Both the position numbers and the translations under genes were made by a program. From a virus (Duplodnaviria; Caudoviricetes), in the IMG/VR virus record IMGVR_UViG_3300027697_000060, positions 1 through 26,394 of that record: DNA of 26,394 nucleotides; one strand, written 5' to 3'. The notes below the pieces were generated by a model. That model worked only from the letters and a program-made list of their open reading frames with translations. It was not told the origin of the DNA and ran no database searches. Below are positions 18,143 through 26,394 of this stretch, in pieces. The stretch's first letter is position 1; every line of letters starts with the position of its first letter.

Positions 18143-19318
18143 CTATTTGAAAATTGCTCTAACAAACTCATCCGCCTCTAATGCTCTTGCAAAGGTAAGA
18201 ACTCCTGTAGATGAGTTAAAGGTCACATTCTCACCTGTAGGAGCACCTGATGTTAATATAGTTCTAACCTCTATTCCACCTCTTGTAACTGATAAACAAG
18301 TAGAACCAATTTGAGTTGAGAAAGTGATTGTAGTTTCACCACCAAATGCAGTATATTGTTGCATAGTTACGTTTGAGCTTTCTATTACTACTCCTGTAGG
18401 TGTAACTTGTGTACCTGTAACTGTGTAAGGACCTGTACCTTGTAAAGACACACTATAAGTAGATGCACCTTCAACTGGACCACTCATATCTAAATTAACA
18501 ATATTAGCAAGACCTGTAAAGACGCTATAACCTAAAGTACCTGAACCAGTACCATTATCATTATCTATTTGAAACTTAACTATGATTTGTTCCTTAGTTT
18601 GTAGCTTATTAAGTAAGAATAAGTAAGAATAGTCGCTAAGGGCTATAAAACCATCAGCAGATATATTCCAGCTAATCTGAGAGCCTAAGAATTCTTTATA
18701 TGATTCACTATTTGTAGTTGTTACCTCTACCTGATCTACACTTGTACTAAAAGTACAGTTAGTTGATGCACCAAAAGGCACACCTAAAGAAATATTAGTT
18801 GTAGTTATACCAGGATTAGTTGACTGAGTATATAAGGTTATTTCATTGGTTGTAGTTCCTAAGTAGTTTACCTCTATAACGATTCTATCTGTAATAGCTA
18901 AGACAGTATTAGTTACTGTCATATTAGTATTATATACAATCTTACTTATAGATGTTAGTGTAGTTTCATCTGAGGTTGCTAATAATGTAGCTGTTCCACC
19001 AGCATATTTGTATAGCTTATATTGAACTTTAGCACCTGCAAAGGCAGTAGCAATAGAATAATAAGCTGAGATACTCCAAGTACCAGCAGCAATTTCCGTA
19101 ATACTAGGATCACTAGCATCTGTTATAAAAGAAGCTATTACTCCTGCTCCTGTTTTGTTAAAGTTAGTAGAAGTACCAATAATGTCTTCAGTACTTAACT
19201 CTTTACAAGCAAAACCATTTACGGTTATTCCTTGATTAACAGAACCATTAAAATAATATTGTTTGTTTGAATCGTATTTGTATAATACTATATTAGTTCC
19301 ATTTATTACTGATGCCAT
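18143..19318 (-). CDS. tail-tube-like structural protein with inserted beta domain and C-terminal extension
   Basis: NGTNIVL and STNCTFS...SWNISADG...YSVSLQGTG align with the tail tube protein at 24165-24599. Confidence 0.7.
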   Translation of the reverse strand: MASVINGTNIVLYKYDSNKQYYFNGSVNQGITVNGFACKELSTEDIIGTSTNFNKTGAGVIASFITDASDPSITEIAAGTWSISAYYSIATAFAGAKVQYKLYKYAGGTATLLATSDETTLTSISKIVYNTNMTVTNTVLAITDRIVIEVNYLGTTTNEITLYTQSTNPGITTTNISLGVPFGASTNCTFSTSVDQVEVTTTNSESYKEFLGSQISWNISADGFIALSDYSYLFLLNKLQTKEQIIVKFQIDNDNGTGSGTLGYSVFTGLANIVNLDMSGPVEGASTYSVSLQGTGPYTVTGTQVTPTGVVIESSNVTMQQYTAFGGETTITFSTQIGSTCLSVTRGGIEVRTILTSGAPTGENVTFNSSTGVLTFARALEADEFVRAIFK

Positions 19319-21264
19319 TATTTCCTAGTATTTAAATTTTTGAATATATCTATTTCTATAGTTGTGCCATTGTAGTTAATCTTCTTTAGTACTGAATCTT
19401 GTACTCCTTGTTTTAAATCCCATTTAAAGGACTTTAATAAGTATGTATAAGTATTAGCACCATCAAAGGAATATGTAAACTTGCTATCTAACCAATATCC
19501 TAAGCTTTTAAACTGACCTTCTATTACTGTTTGAGTCTTTACTTGGTCAATACCAATATCTTCAGCAACTAATGTAAACAACTCTTTTACACCTGATGTA
19601 TTTCTTCCAAATTGATTAGCAAACCCACTATTATTTGCAATAGTATACATACCAACATAAGAAGAAGCAGCTACATCTTTGGGCTCATTTGCAACTCTAG
19701 CAACAGAATCAGTATTCTTAAATATATCATTATACATAAACCCTAGAGAGAAGTTTTCTCCCTCTTCAGGCTTAAATTGAGCATCTATGCTACCAATCTC
19801 TCTGTAAGAGTCATAATTATAAATTTGAGATACAGGACCTACATTTTGAACTAAAAAATAGTAAAGTTCTAAAAATGGACCTGCACCTGTTTCTAATGGT
19901 CTATAAATTATGAAGTCAATAGAACCATCAATAGGAACTAATACTTGCTTAGGGAATCCTACAGGATAATCATTAAGATATACTGTAGTAGTTGTAAACT
20001 CACCACTATTATTAAGGTATTGTGCAGCAGAGTTATCAGAAGGTATAATCCTAACCCAATATCTAGCAGTACAGTTAAACTTATAATCTAACCATCTTAC
20101 ATTTAAATAATCACCAGCTTTTACATCATTGCCAAAAGACCTTATTGCCCTATTGGTTTCACCAGAATTTGTGGTAGTATCTGTTGTAAATAACCCACCA
20201 TTTGTAGGGTCAAGTTTTGAAACTACCATACCAGTTTCTATCCAAGCATCCACATTGTTAGTACCTGACCAAGATAAAAACCAACCATTGGCTGCAAGTT
20301 GCTTAACATTATAAATTGGACTAAATTGAGTATAAGACTTTTGAGCTCTATTAAAGCTTACCATTAGTGATTGTCCTATTTGCTTAAAGTTATCAGTTGC
20401 ATCTATAGAAACTGAAATAGTATTATCTACAGTTTGAGTAGATTGATAAGTTCCTGCACTATTGTAAACATAGTAAGCTATGCTAGTTTCCCTAGTCAAA
20501 GCACCATAGCAAGTTAAATACCATTTATCTTCCTTATAAAAGCATTCCCAACCAAATCTATTACATATATATTCCAATATGTCATAGTAGTTTAAATACT
20601 CTCCATATTGTTCCATTAAGTAATTCTTCTTTAGGTACATATTTTCTATGTTCCTTGAAGGTATGTTTGCTGTTTTATAGTATTCATTAATCCAAACGTC
20701 AAAAGTAAATTCTGTCTTAGAAAAACAATCAATAATCAAGTCTTTTAAACTTACTTGATCTTCTGAATTAAAACCTATTCCAAATGTTACATTCGAATAA
20801 TATTTTTTATTCTTAGTCCTAGCTAAACCATCAACAAAGGACAATGATAAATTATTAAGGTTTACAGGAGAATATTGTACGCTGTCTACAGGTATAAAAA
20901 ACCCTCTCCATATTACAGTACCCCATGTGTAAGAACCATTATAAGTTCCTTTTGTAACAACTATCATGAAGTCATTATCATCAGCAGTAAAGAAATCTTG
21001 TAATAACTCGGCATAATTAGTGCTTTGAAATTCGTTCTTTACAATATTTAAAGTTGCCCTTGTGGCAAGTAATGGCGTATAGGCATTTCCATCTGTATCT
21101 ATAGTTTCTATAATAAAAGGACTATTAGATGCGGTTAATGGATATACAGTTGCACTAGAATAGCCGTCTTTGTAAATCTGAGCCCTATAGGTGACGTTTG
21201 TATCACCAGGCTTGGCATATACATCATCAAATATAATCTCGTATTTTGGGTTTATAAATGCCAT
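19318..21264 (-). CDS. tail tip / baseplate structural protein
   Basis: 648 aa, directly downstream of the tape measure gene; WRGF..P motif. Confidence 0.6.
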   Translation of the reverse strand: MAFINPKYEIIFDDVYAKPGDTNVTYRAQIYKDGYSSATVYPLTASNSPFIIETIDTDGNAYTPLLATRATLNIVKNEFQSTNYAELLQDFFTADDNDFMIVVTKGTYNGSYTWGTVIWRGFFIPVDSVQYSPVNLNNLSLSFVDGLARTKNKKYYSNVTFGIGFNSEDQVSLKDLIIDCFSKTEFTFDVWINEYYKTANIPSRNIENMYLKKNYLMEQYGEYLNYYDILEYICNRFGWECFYKEDKWYLTCYGALTRETSIAYYVYNSAGTYQSTQTVDNTISVSIDATDNFKQIGQSLMVSFNRAQKSYTQFSPIYNVKQLAANGWFLSWSGTNNVDAWIETGMVVSKLDPTNGGLFTTDTTTNSGETNRAIRSFGNDVKAGDYLNVRWLDYKFNCTARYWVRIIPSDNSAAQYLNNSGEFTTTTVYLNDYPVGFPKQVLVPIDGSIDFIIYRPLETGAGPFLELYYFLVQNVGPVSQIYNYDSYREIGSIDAQFKPEEGENFSLGFMYNDIFKNTDSVARVANEPKDVAASSYVGMYTIANNSGFANQFGRNTSGVKELFTLVAEDIGIDQVKTQTVIEGQFKSLGYWLDSKFTYSFDGANTYTYLLKSFKWDLKQGVQDSVLKKINYNGTTIEIDIFKNLNTRK

Positions 21265-23459
21265 TAGAAAGTATTATTATTTGTTCTACCTGCTTTGTTC
21301 ATTAATATTAATAAGTCGTTACCGCTTATTCTAGCTTCTAAAGTTCCACCGCCTTCGCCCATAAGTGATTTAAGCTTATCTAAAGGAGCTACAACCTCAG
21401 GGTTTCGACTAGCACCAGGATATTCACCCATTAAACCTAAAGTCGGTCCTGATATGATACCTCCATCAGCAAATTCCTTAGGACCTGTACTTCTTTTCTT
21501 GTTTATTTGACCTTTTAGAGCAAATCCTGCCGCAACTGCTGCGATACCTAAAATTAATCCACCTTTTACATTTCCACTTTCTATAGCCTTTTTAGCAGCT
21601 TGAACAAGAGATGAATATAATATCAATGCTTTACCTATTGAAATTAAAGCATCAGCTAAGATAGTGCCTAATGTTCCAAGATTAAATTTACCAGTAGTAA
21701 CTAATTCACCTAAGCTTTCGCCAATTCCCTCAAAAGTTGATTGAAGAGTATTTCTTAATATATCATCTATTGTGGTAGATAAATCACCAAGACCTGTTAA
21801 AGAACCTTGAAGTTTTAATATTGCAGCATTTATTGCTTCTAAAGCCTTTACATTACCTGCAGCAAATACTTGTGCAAATTGTAATTGCTTAATCTTATTT
21901 TTAGTATCCTCTTGTTGAAAAGCAACATTACTTTTATGCAATCTTAATTCAGCCCTTAATTGTGAATCAAGAGTTTTAATATAATTAGTTGTAAAATCGT
22001 ATTGTTCTTTTAATTTTTGGTCATCATAATATTTTGTTAATTGCTTTTGGCTTTCTTCACTTTGTTGTCTAATCGCAAACTTTTTATCTTCAATAGATTT
22101 TTTAAAGTTTATTTCCTTTTGCTCGTATGTTTTTTGTATAGTAAATAATTCATCAAGAGAAGCACCTCTTATAGTAGCTTCCATTAATGCATTAATTTTT
22201 TGTATATCATTTAATTTAATAAAATATTCTTCTGCTCTAAATATACTATCCTTATAAAAATTAAATTCTTCTTGAGCTAAATCTTCATAATATTTACTTA
22301 CAGTAGGTTTAGGAGCGGCTTTATCTTGTTTAGGTTTATTAGTTTCTACACCTATTGAAGTCCCTGTTCTAAAATCAACTGAATTTTGTAATAAAGACAT
22401 TGAGTTCTGTAAAGCTTCATTTGATGTTATTAAACTTTTATTAGCTTTTTCTAATTTTTGTATTTCAATTAAAGCTTGAGTATATGGTGAAGCTAATTTT
22501 TTTGCATCTGCTCCAAATCCACCACTTACATATTGAGATTCCTTACTCAATATTGTTAATGAATTTTTTAAATTAGTTATAGCTGCTTCATTTTTTTCAA
22601 TAGCCTTAGTGTTTTCATATCTTTTTGCAGCAATTTTTTCTATTTCAGATGTCATTGCAGTTGCTTCAGCACGAGCAATCATGGCTTTAGTAAGCTCTCC
22701 AACAGATAATGATAAACTATCAACAGATGTTTTCTCAAGCGACATATTCTTGAAGTATCCAGGATATTCGTCTTGCAGTTTTTTAAGAGCTAATCTTCTT
22801 TTATCTATTGAAATAGTTTGGTTATTTACTACAGATACAAGAGATTTTACTTGAGATATTTCGCCATAGGCAGAAGATATAGAACTATTGATAGCTTTAG
22901 TATAATCATCTTGATCCTCCTTAGCTTTTTTTGTAGTTTGACCTAGTTTGAATAAGCCCATATCCCAAGCGGTTATCGCTGCAATAATTGCAGATATAGC
23001 TAAATAAATAGGTCCTGTTGCTGCAGCAAATCCCCCTACTAAAGCGGGAAGGTTATTTTGAATACCCCTAAATCCAAATGGTAAATCTTGTATAACTAAA
23101 GCAAGATTAGACCATTGTATATTATTTTTTCGTAATGAACTTGTAGTAGTATCTAAACCAGAAGCCGTTGGCATTGATGCAGTCATTTTCTTAAAACTAG
23201 CACTTGCTGGGTCTATACCATTTGCAACTAAAGACTGAAAGTCTTTTTGAAGTTTATTAGCAGCAGCTCCTGCTTGTTGTGATGCAGGACCAAATAATTT
23301 AATAGCAGCCTCTAGATTTTTAGCGTTCTTTTGAATGTTATTAGCAATTTTCTGGAACTCTTTGTCAGTACCATTAAACTGACCAATCATTTGATGTAAC
23401 GCATCATTAACCCCTTGAAAATCGAGGTTTAGTTTTAAGTCTACTTGATTATCTGCCAT
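21264..23459 (-). CDS. tape measure protein
   Basis: 731 aa, helical Ala/Lys/Gln-rich with hydrophobic segments; QDLPFG.RGIQNNLP and C-terminal FADGGIISGPT..GE..E.V.PL; follows the chaperones. Confidence 0.88.
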   Translation of the reverse strand: MADNQVDLKLNLDFQGVNDALHQMIGQFNGTDKEFQKIANNIQKNAKNLEAAIKLFGPASQQAGAAANKLQKDFQSLVANGIDPASASFKKMTASMPTASGLDTTTSSLRKNNIQWSNLALVIQDLPFGFRGIQNNLPALVGGFAAATGPIYLAISAIIAAITAWDMGLFKLGQTTKKAKEDQDDYTKAINSSISSAYGEISQVKSLVSVVNNQTISIDKRRLALKKLQDEYPGYFKNMSLEKTSVDSLSLSVGELTKAMIARAEATAMTSEIEKIAAKRYENTKAIEKNEAAITNLKNSLTILSKESQYVSGGFGADAKKLASPYTQALIEIQKLEKANKSLITSNEALQNSMSLLQNSVDFRTGTSIGVETNKPKQDKAAPKPTVSKYYEDLAQEEFNFYKDSIFRAEEYFIKLNDIQKINALMEATIRGASLDELFTIQKTYEQKEINFKKSIEDKKFAIRQQSEESQKQLTKYYDDQKLKEQYDFTTNYIKTLDSQLRAELRLHKSNVAFQQEDTKNKIKQLQFAQVFAAGNVKALEAINAAILKLQGSLTGLGDLSTTIDDILRNTLQSTFEGIGESLGELVTTGKFNLGTLGTILADALISIGKALILYSSLVQAAKKAIESGNVKGGLILGIAAVAAGFALKGQINKKRSTGPKEFADGGIISGPTLGLMGEYPGASRNPEVVAPLDKLKSLMGEGGGTLEARISGNDLLILMNKAGRTNNNTF

Positions 23460-23463
23460 TATC

Positions 23464-23745
23464 CTATTTCTTTATATTATCGTATTTTTTTAAGACCTCT
23501 TTAAGTTCCTCAGGTGTCATTACCCTTTGTTTTACAAAGTTACGATTATCGCAGTCAAGTGGTAAAAGCTCATGTGGCTTTATCTTTTTGCCTTTTGGAA
23601 GTTGTATGTTTAGCAAAATAGAAGTTTGCCATCTTGCTCTTAACCATTCTTGTTCTTCTTTATGACGGTAACCATACCAAACAAAATCTAACTCAGCCAT
23701 CGTCATATCCCAAAACAAATGGGGAAGCACTTGGCACTCCCCCAT
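23464..23745 (-). CDS. tail assembly chaperone, frameshift extension (lambda gpT-like part)
   Basis: FWDMTMAE motif; frame is open back to the slippery A9 at 23776-23785. Confidence 0.7.
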   Translation of the reverse strand: MGECQVLPHLFWDMTMAELDFVWYGYRHKEEQEWLRARWQTSILLNIQLPKGKKIKPHELLPLDCDNRNFVKQRVMTPEELKEVLKKYDNIKK

Positions 23746-23771
23746 TGTATATCTTTCAATATCAATCCACT

Positions 23772-24143
23772 CTAATTTTTTTTTACAGCGTCTTTATTAG
23801 CTTTCTTATTAGTAGGTTGTTCAATACCACTATTCATACTTTCTGCTAAAGAAGCCATAACATCTTGAAACTTCTTACTACCTAATCCGCCCATATCATC
23901 AATCCAATCACATACTTCAATATCTGTAAAGCTTGGAGTCACTCCTTGACTATACAATGGATATTCTGCAGCAGCTTTTAGCAAATTAGTAATCGCATCT
24001 AATGATTGATTACCTGATAATGCTTCTGATATGTCCGATGGTCCAATGCCTTGAAGCTGACAGAATCTTTTTAAAGACCATGTACAAAACCTCATAGGTA
24101 TCTTAGTCCCATCGCTTAGGGATAGTTCGTAATGTCCTCTCAT
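23772..24143 (-). CDS. tail assembly chaperone (lambda gpG-like)
   Basis: Lies between tail tube and TMP; ends GTA AAA AAA AAT TAG. Confidence 0.75.
   Translation of the reverse strand: MRGHYELSLSDGTKIPMRFCTWSLKRFCQLQGIGPSDISEALSGNQSLDAITNLLKAAAEYPLYSQGVTPSFTDIEVCDWIDDMGGLGSKKFQDVMASLAESMNSGIEQPTNKKANKDAVKKN
23776..23784 (-). other. programmed -1 ribosomal frameshift slippery site (A9)
   Basis: -1 frame reads KKLEWIDIERYTMGECQ..., joining ORF 23464-23745. Confidence 0.75.
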
Positions 24144-24164
24144 ATTTTGGTGTTTTTGGTGTTA

Positions 24165-24599
24165 TTATGCGTTGGTAGCCTGAGTTAATTGGCCTTGTCC
24201 TGTAAAAGAAGCAGAGTAAGTAACTGGAGATTCCATATCAGCAGTAATATCTAAGCTTTCTACAAATGCAGAACCAGACCAAATTAAGTCACCTACGATT
24301 GGAGTGCTACCGTTAACTGTTGTAAACTTAACTGTAACTACACCTCTACCGTTTAAAGCAGAGAAAATATCTCCTACTACATAGTTTGTACCTGTTGGTT
24401 CAACTGTAGTAAGACCATCTGTAGTTAAAGACCAAGAACGCAAACCTGCGATTTGATCAGCCCATCCACCACTTGATTTAGTTGTTGCATCTGGTAAGTC
24501 AGCACTTACTGATAAAGAACAAGATGTAGAGTGAGCTACAACTTCAGTTCCTACTAGAACTACTAGGTTTGTACCGTTAAAAATTCCTGTTGTTGGCAT
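24165..24599 (-). CDS. major tail tube protein
   Basis: NGTNLVV..., DATTKSSGGW..I.GLRSWS....GL, G.AFVESL, YSASFTGQG; TP901-1/lambda-type tube fold. Confidence 0.85.
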   Translation of the reverse strand: MPTTGIFNGTNLVVLVGTEVVAHSTSCSLSVSADLPDATTKSSGGWADQIAGLRSWSLTTDGLTTVEPTGTNYVVGDIFSALNGRGVVTVKFTTVNGSTPIVGDLIWSGSAFVESLDITADMESPVTYSASFTGQGQLTQATNA

Positions 24600-24618
24600 T
24601 TTATTTTATTTTAATTTT

Positions 24619-25047
24619 TTATAATATTTGTGTTACAAAGTGATCCATTGTTATTACTCTTCTGAAAACATAAGATTCATCTACATAATCAAATGTAGCG
24701 ATATTGCTTGTCATCTTACGAGTAACTATTTTAAAGTCAGGAGAAGCACTTGGGTAATCTGGCACATTAACGCCTATGATCACTAACAATTCATTAGCCC
24801 ACTGGTCTACCGATTTCTGCCCTACTTCACCTGACTTAAGAGTTCTATACACAACGTCAAATTGAATAGTAACATCAAAGTTATAACTCTGTTTGTCGCT
24901 ATTTTCTAAAGACGTTTGACTGCTAATAAGTAAAAACGGAGGCTCTACATCATCTGGCGCAATAGTATCATAAACACCCAAAGAAAAACTTTGTGATGCT
25001 AACTTATCTACATAAGCCTTTCGTATAGCTAATCCGCAATCTTTCAT
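24619..25047 (-). CDS. tail terminator / completion protein (DUF3168-like)
   Basis: VYD.AP....PF motif; immediately upstream of the tail tube gene. Confidence 0.7.
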   Translation of the reverse strand: MKDCGLAIRKAYVDKLASQSFSLGVYDTIAPDDVEPPFLLISSQTSLENSDKQSYNFDVTIQFDVVYRTLKSGEVGQKSVDQWANELLVIIGVNVPDYPSASPDFKIVTRKMTSNIATFDYVDESYVFRRVITMDHFVTQIL

Positions 25048-25199
25048 TAAGCTTCTGTTTCCTCTTTTACTTCCTCAGGATTTTGTTCTTGAGCAAGTTT
25101 TGATAAGAACTGAGTTAAAGGTAAACCATATCTAGTTGGCATATCTTGGATAAACGCATCTAATTGTTTTACCTGCTCTTCGTTAAGTGTAATTGTCAT
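25047..25199 (-). CDS. small acidic protein (50 aa)
   Basis: Manual translation MTITLNEEQVKQLDAFIQDMPTRYGLPLTQFLSKLAQEQNPEEVKEETEA; TAATG overlap with the next gene; absent from the ORF track. Confidence 0.65.
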   Translation of the reverse strand: MTITLNEEQVKQLDAFIQDMPTRYGLPLTQFLSKLAQEQNPEEVKEETEA

Positions 25200-25214
25200 G
25201 GTATTGATTTTGTA

Positions 25215-25222
25215 CAAATTTA
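25215..25222 (-). promoter_or_regulatory. Bacteroidota-type -7 element TAAATTTG
   Basis: Exact TAnnTTTG in the intergenic gap, 15 nt upstream of ATG 25199. Confidence 0.5.
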
Positions 25223-25243
25223 GTGAAATATATTTATATAAGA

Positions 25244-25732
25244 TTACCTTACTTTATAGCTTTTTAAGGTTTTTAACAATGTTGCATATTTCTCATCAAA
25301 AGTCTTAAAGAAGAATGGTCTATTCGGCATATTGTAATTCCTTAGACCAGAACCTCTAAATTGAGAAGCAAAATTGCCTAAAGGTTTTTTAGTACTAAAT
25401 TTATAAGCTGGTATTCCAAAGCCTTTACCTGTTCCAAATTCTACATAAGGTGCATATTTGACTGTTTCATTACCCATTGAGAATGAAGCATATCCATTTT
25501 GATAAGGTTTAGATGATACGCTTTTAGATAAATTACCAGTTCTTTTATATGGTTTTTTTGCTTTGGTAGGTATTCTAGGCAAATTACCTGCTTTTGAAGC
25601 AGCTTCCATTTCCATAGCTTTTACAGATTTATCAATCTCTTGAATAGCATAAGCTTTATATAATTCTGCTGTTTGCTTAAACTTTTCTTGTATCTTATGT
25701 AAAGCCTTAGTGTCTACTGTGAATGTAGCCAT
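25244..25732 (-). CDS. HK97 gp10-like tail completion protein
   Basis: RTGNLSKS, YAPYVEFGT, RPFF motifs. Confidence 0.85.
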   Translation of the reverse strand: MATFTVDTKALHKIQEKFKQTAELYKAYAIQEIDKSVKAMEMEAASKAGNLPRIPTKAKKPYKRTGNLSKSVSSKPYQNGYASFSMGNETVKYAPYVEFGTGKGFGIPAYKFSTKKPLGNFASQFRGSGLRNYNMPNRPFFFKTFDEKYATLLKTLKSYKVR

Positions 25733-26052
25733 TATTTAAGTGTTGAGCAATCTATTAAAAAATACTTATTACGATCTTGTTCGTTTATAATAGAATTTAT
25801 CATATATAACTTATTTTGGAACGTAATGGTCAACTTCTTATCAAATACTTTAGATGTTGTATATCTTATTCTAAATGTAATATCAGCAGCAAAACCATCT
25901 GTACCAGCTATATTTGTTCTTGTGTTAGTATCTGTAACAATCTCAGCCCAACAAGTATAATAAGCTGCAAGGGTATTTACAAATCCACCAGCACCATCAG
26001 AAGCTCCAGTCTTACTATTAAAAGTAATCCTATTCATTAATCTTCCTATCAT
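25732..26052 (-). CDS. head closure / head-tail adaptor (SPP1 gp16-like)
   Basis: GRLMNRITF, DGAGG, WAEI, FRIRY, Y.I.SI motifs. Confidence 0.85.
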   Translation of the reverse strand: MIGRLMNRITFNSKTGASDGAGGFVNTLAAYYTCWAEIVTDTNTRTNIAGTDGFAADITFRIRYTTSKVFDKKLTITFQNKLYMINSIINEQDRNKYFLIDCSTLK

Positions 26053-26394
26053 TAGATAATTACGTTTATGCGTTTAAATGGCTTCATAAGCTCGTATGCG
26101 GTCATCAAATTAGCTGAAGGCTTGGTTGCCTCAACTGAAGACTCTCTGTACTCATATAGGTCTGAAACCATCTTTAAAAGGGCAGTCTTCATTGTCTGAG
26201 GAGTTGTGCTATAACCGCAAGTATAAGTAAATCTAAACTCGTTATCGAAAATGCTAGTCATGTAGACCTTTTTGGTGGTCTCACCAAGCACCTGATAATC
26301 CCCAACAGACATTGCTACCCAAGCTGTGCTATCCCAGTATTCTACTGCTGATATTGTGTTTGTAGGAACATAAGGTAGCTCTATAAAGCTATCT
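26052..26394 (-). CDS. head-tail connector (HK97 gp6 / SPP1 gp15-like), 5' end outside the window
   Basis: YTCGY...P..MKTALLKMVSDLYEYRE...LMKPFK; frame continues to the window edge. Confidence 0.8.
   Translation of the reverse strand, partial: DSFIELPYVPTNTISAVEYWDSTAWVAMSVGDYQVLGETTKKVYMTSIFDNEFRFTYTCGYSTTPQTMKTALLKMVSDLYEYRESSVEATKPSANLMTAYELMKPFKRINVII

Noticed and set aside
20129-26040. Plus-strand ORFs within the structural arm (20129, 21295, 22609, 23634, 25816)
   Set aside because: Antisense shadows of tail and head-joining genes.

Overview
A 26.4-kb AT-rich segment of a tailed, long non-contractile-tail (siphovirus-like) phage genome. The host is probably in Bacteroidota, judging from TAnnTTTG promoter motifs and AC-rich leaders that lack Shine-Dalgarno sequences. 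The + strand arm (1-11.37 kb) opens with small membrane peptides and an amidoligase + class II glutamine amidotransferase pair. A terminator and a ~270-bp non-coding repeat/A-tract block follow, then replication and recombination genes (DnaA-CTD protein, putative SSAP, replication initiator, DnaB helicase, VRR-NUC-like nuclease, MazG-like protein, putative SSB) and endonucleases. The - strand arm (26.39 kb down to 11.42 kb) carries head-tail joining genes, tail tube, frameshifted tail chaperones, tape measure, tail tip and fibre genes, a lysis cassette and a metallophosphoesterase. The two arms end at convergent terminators. The strongest unexplained signal is in the first ~2.6 kb. By manual scan it lacks CCAG/CCAC and GAAGA, almost lacks AGA Arg codons and is rich in CGGG, and this signature ends at the repeat block, which suggests a restriction-site-purged first-injected region plus a possible injection-stop signal. 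Also notable are a kissing-loop leader RNA upstream of the replication genes, GU-rich 3' tails complementary to the AC-rich leaders, and a tail-tube paralog carrying a domain shared with the tail fibre. All counts are manual and all family calls come from motif recognition, not database searches.
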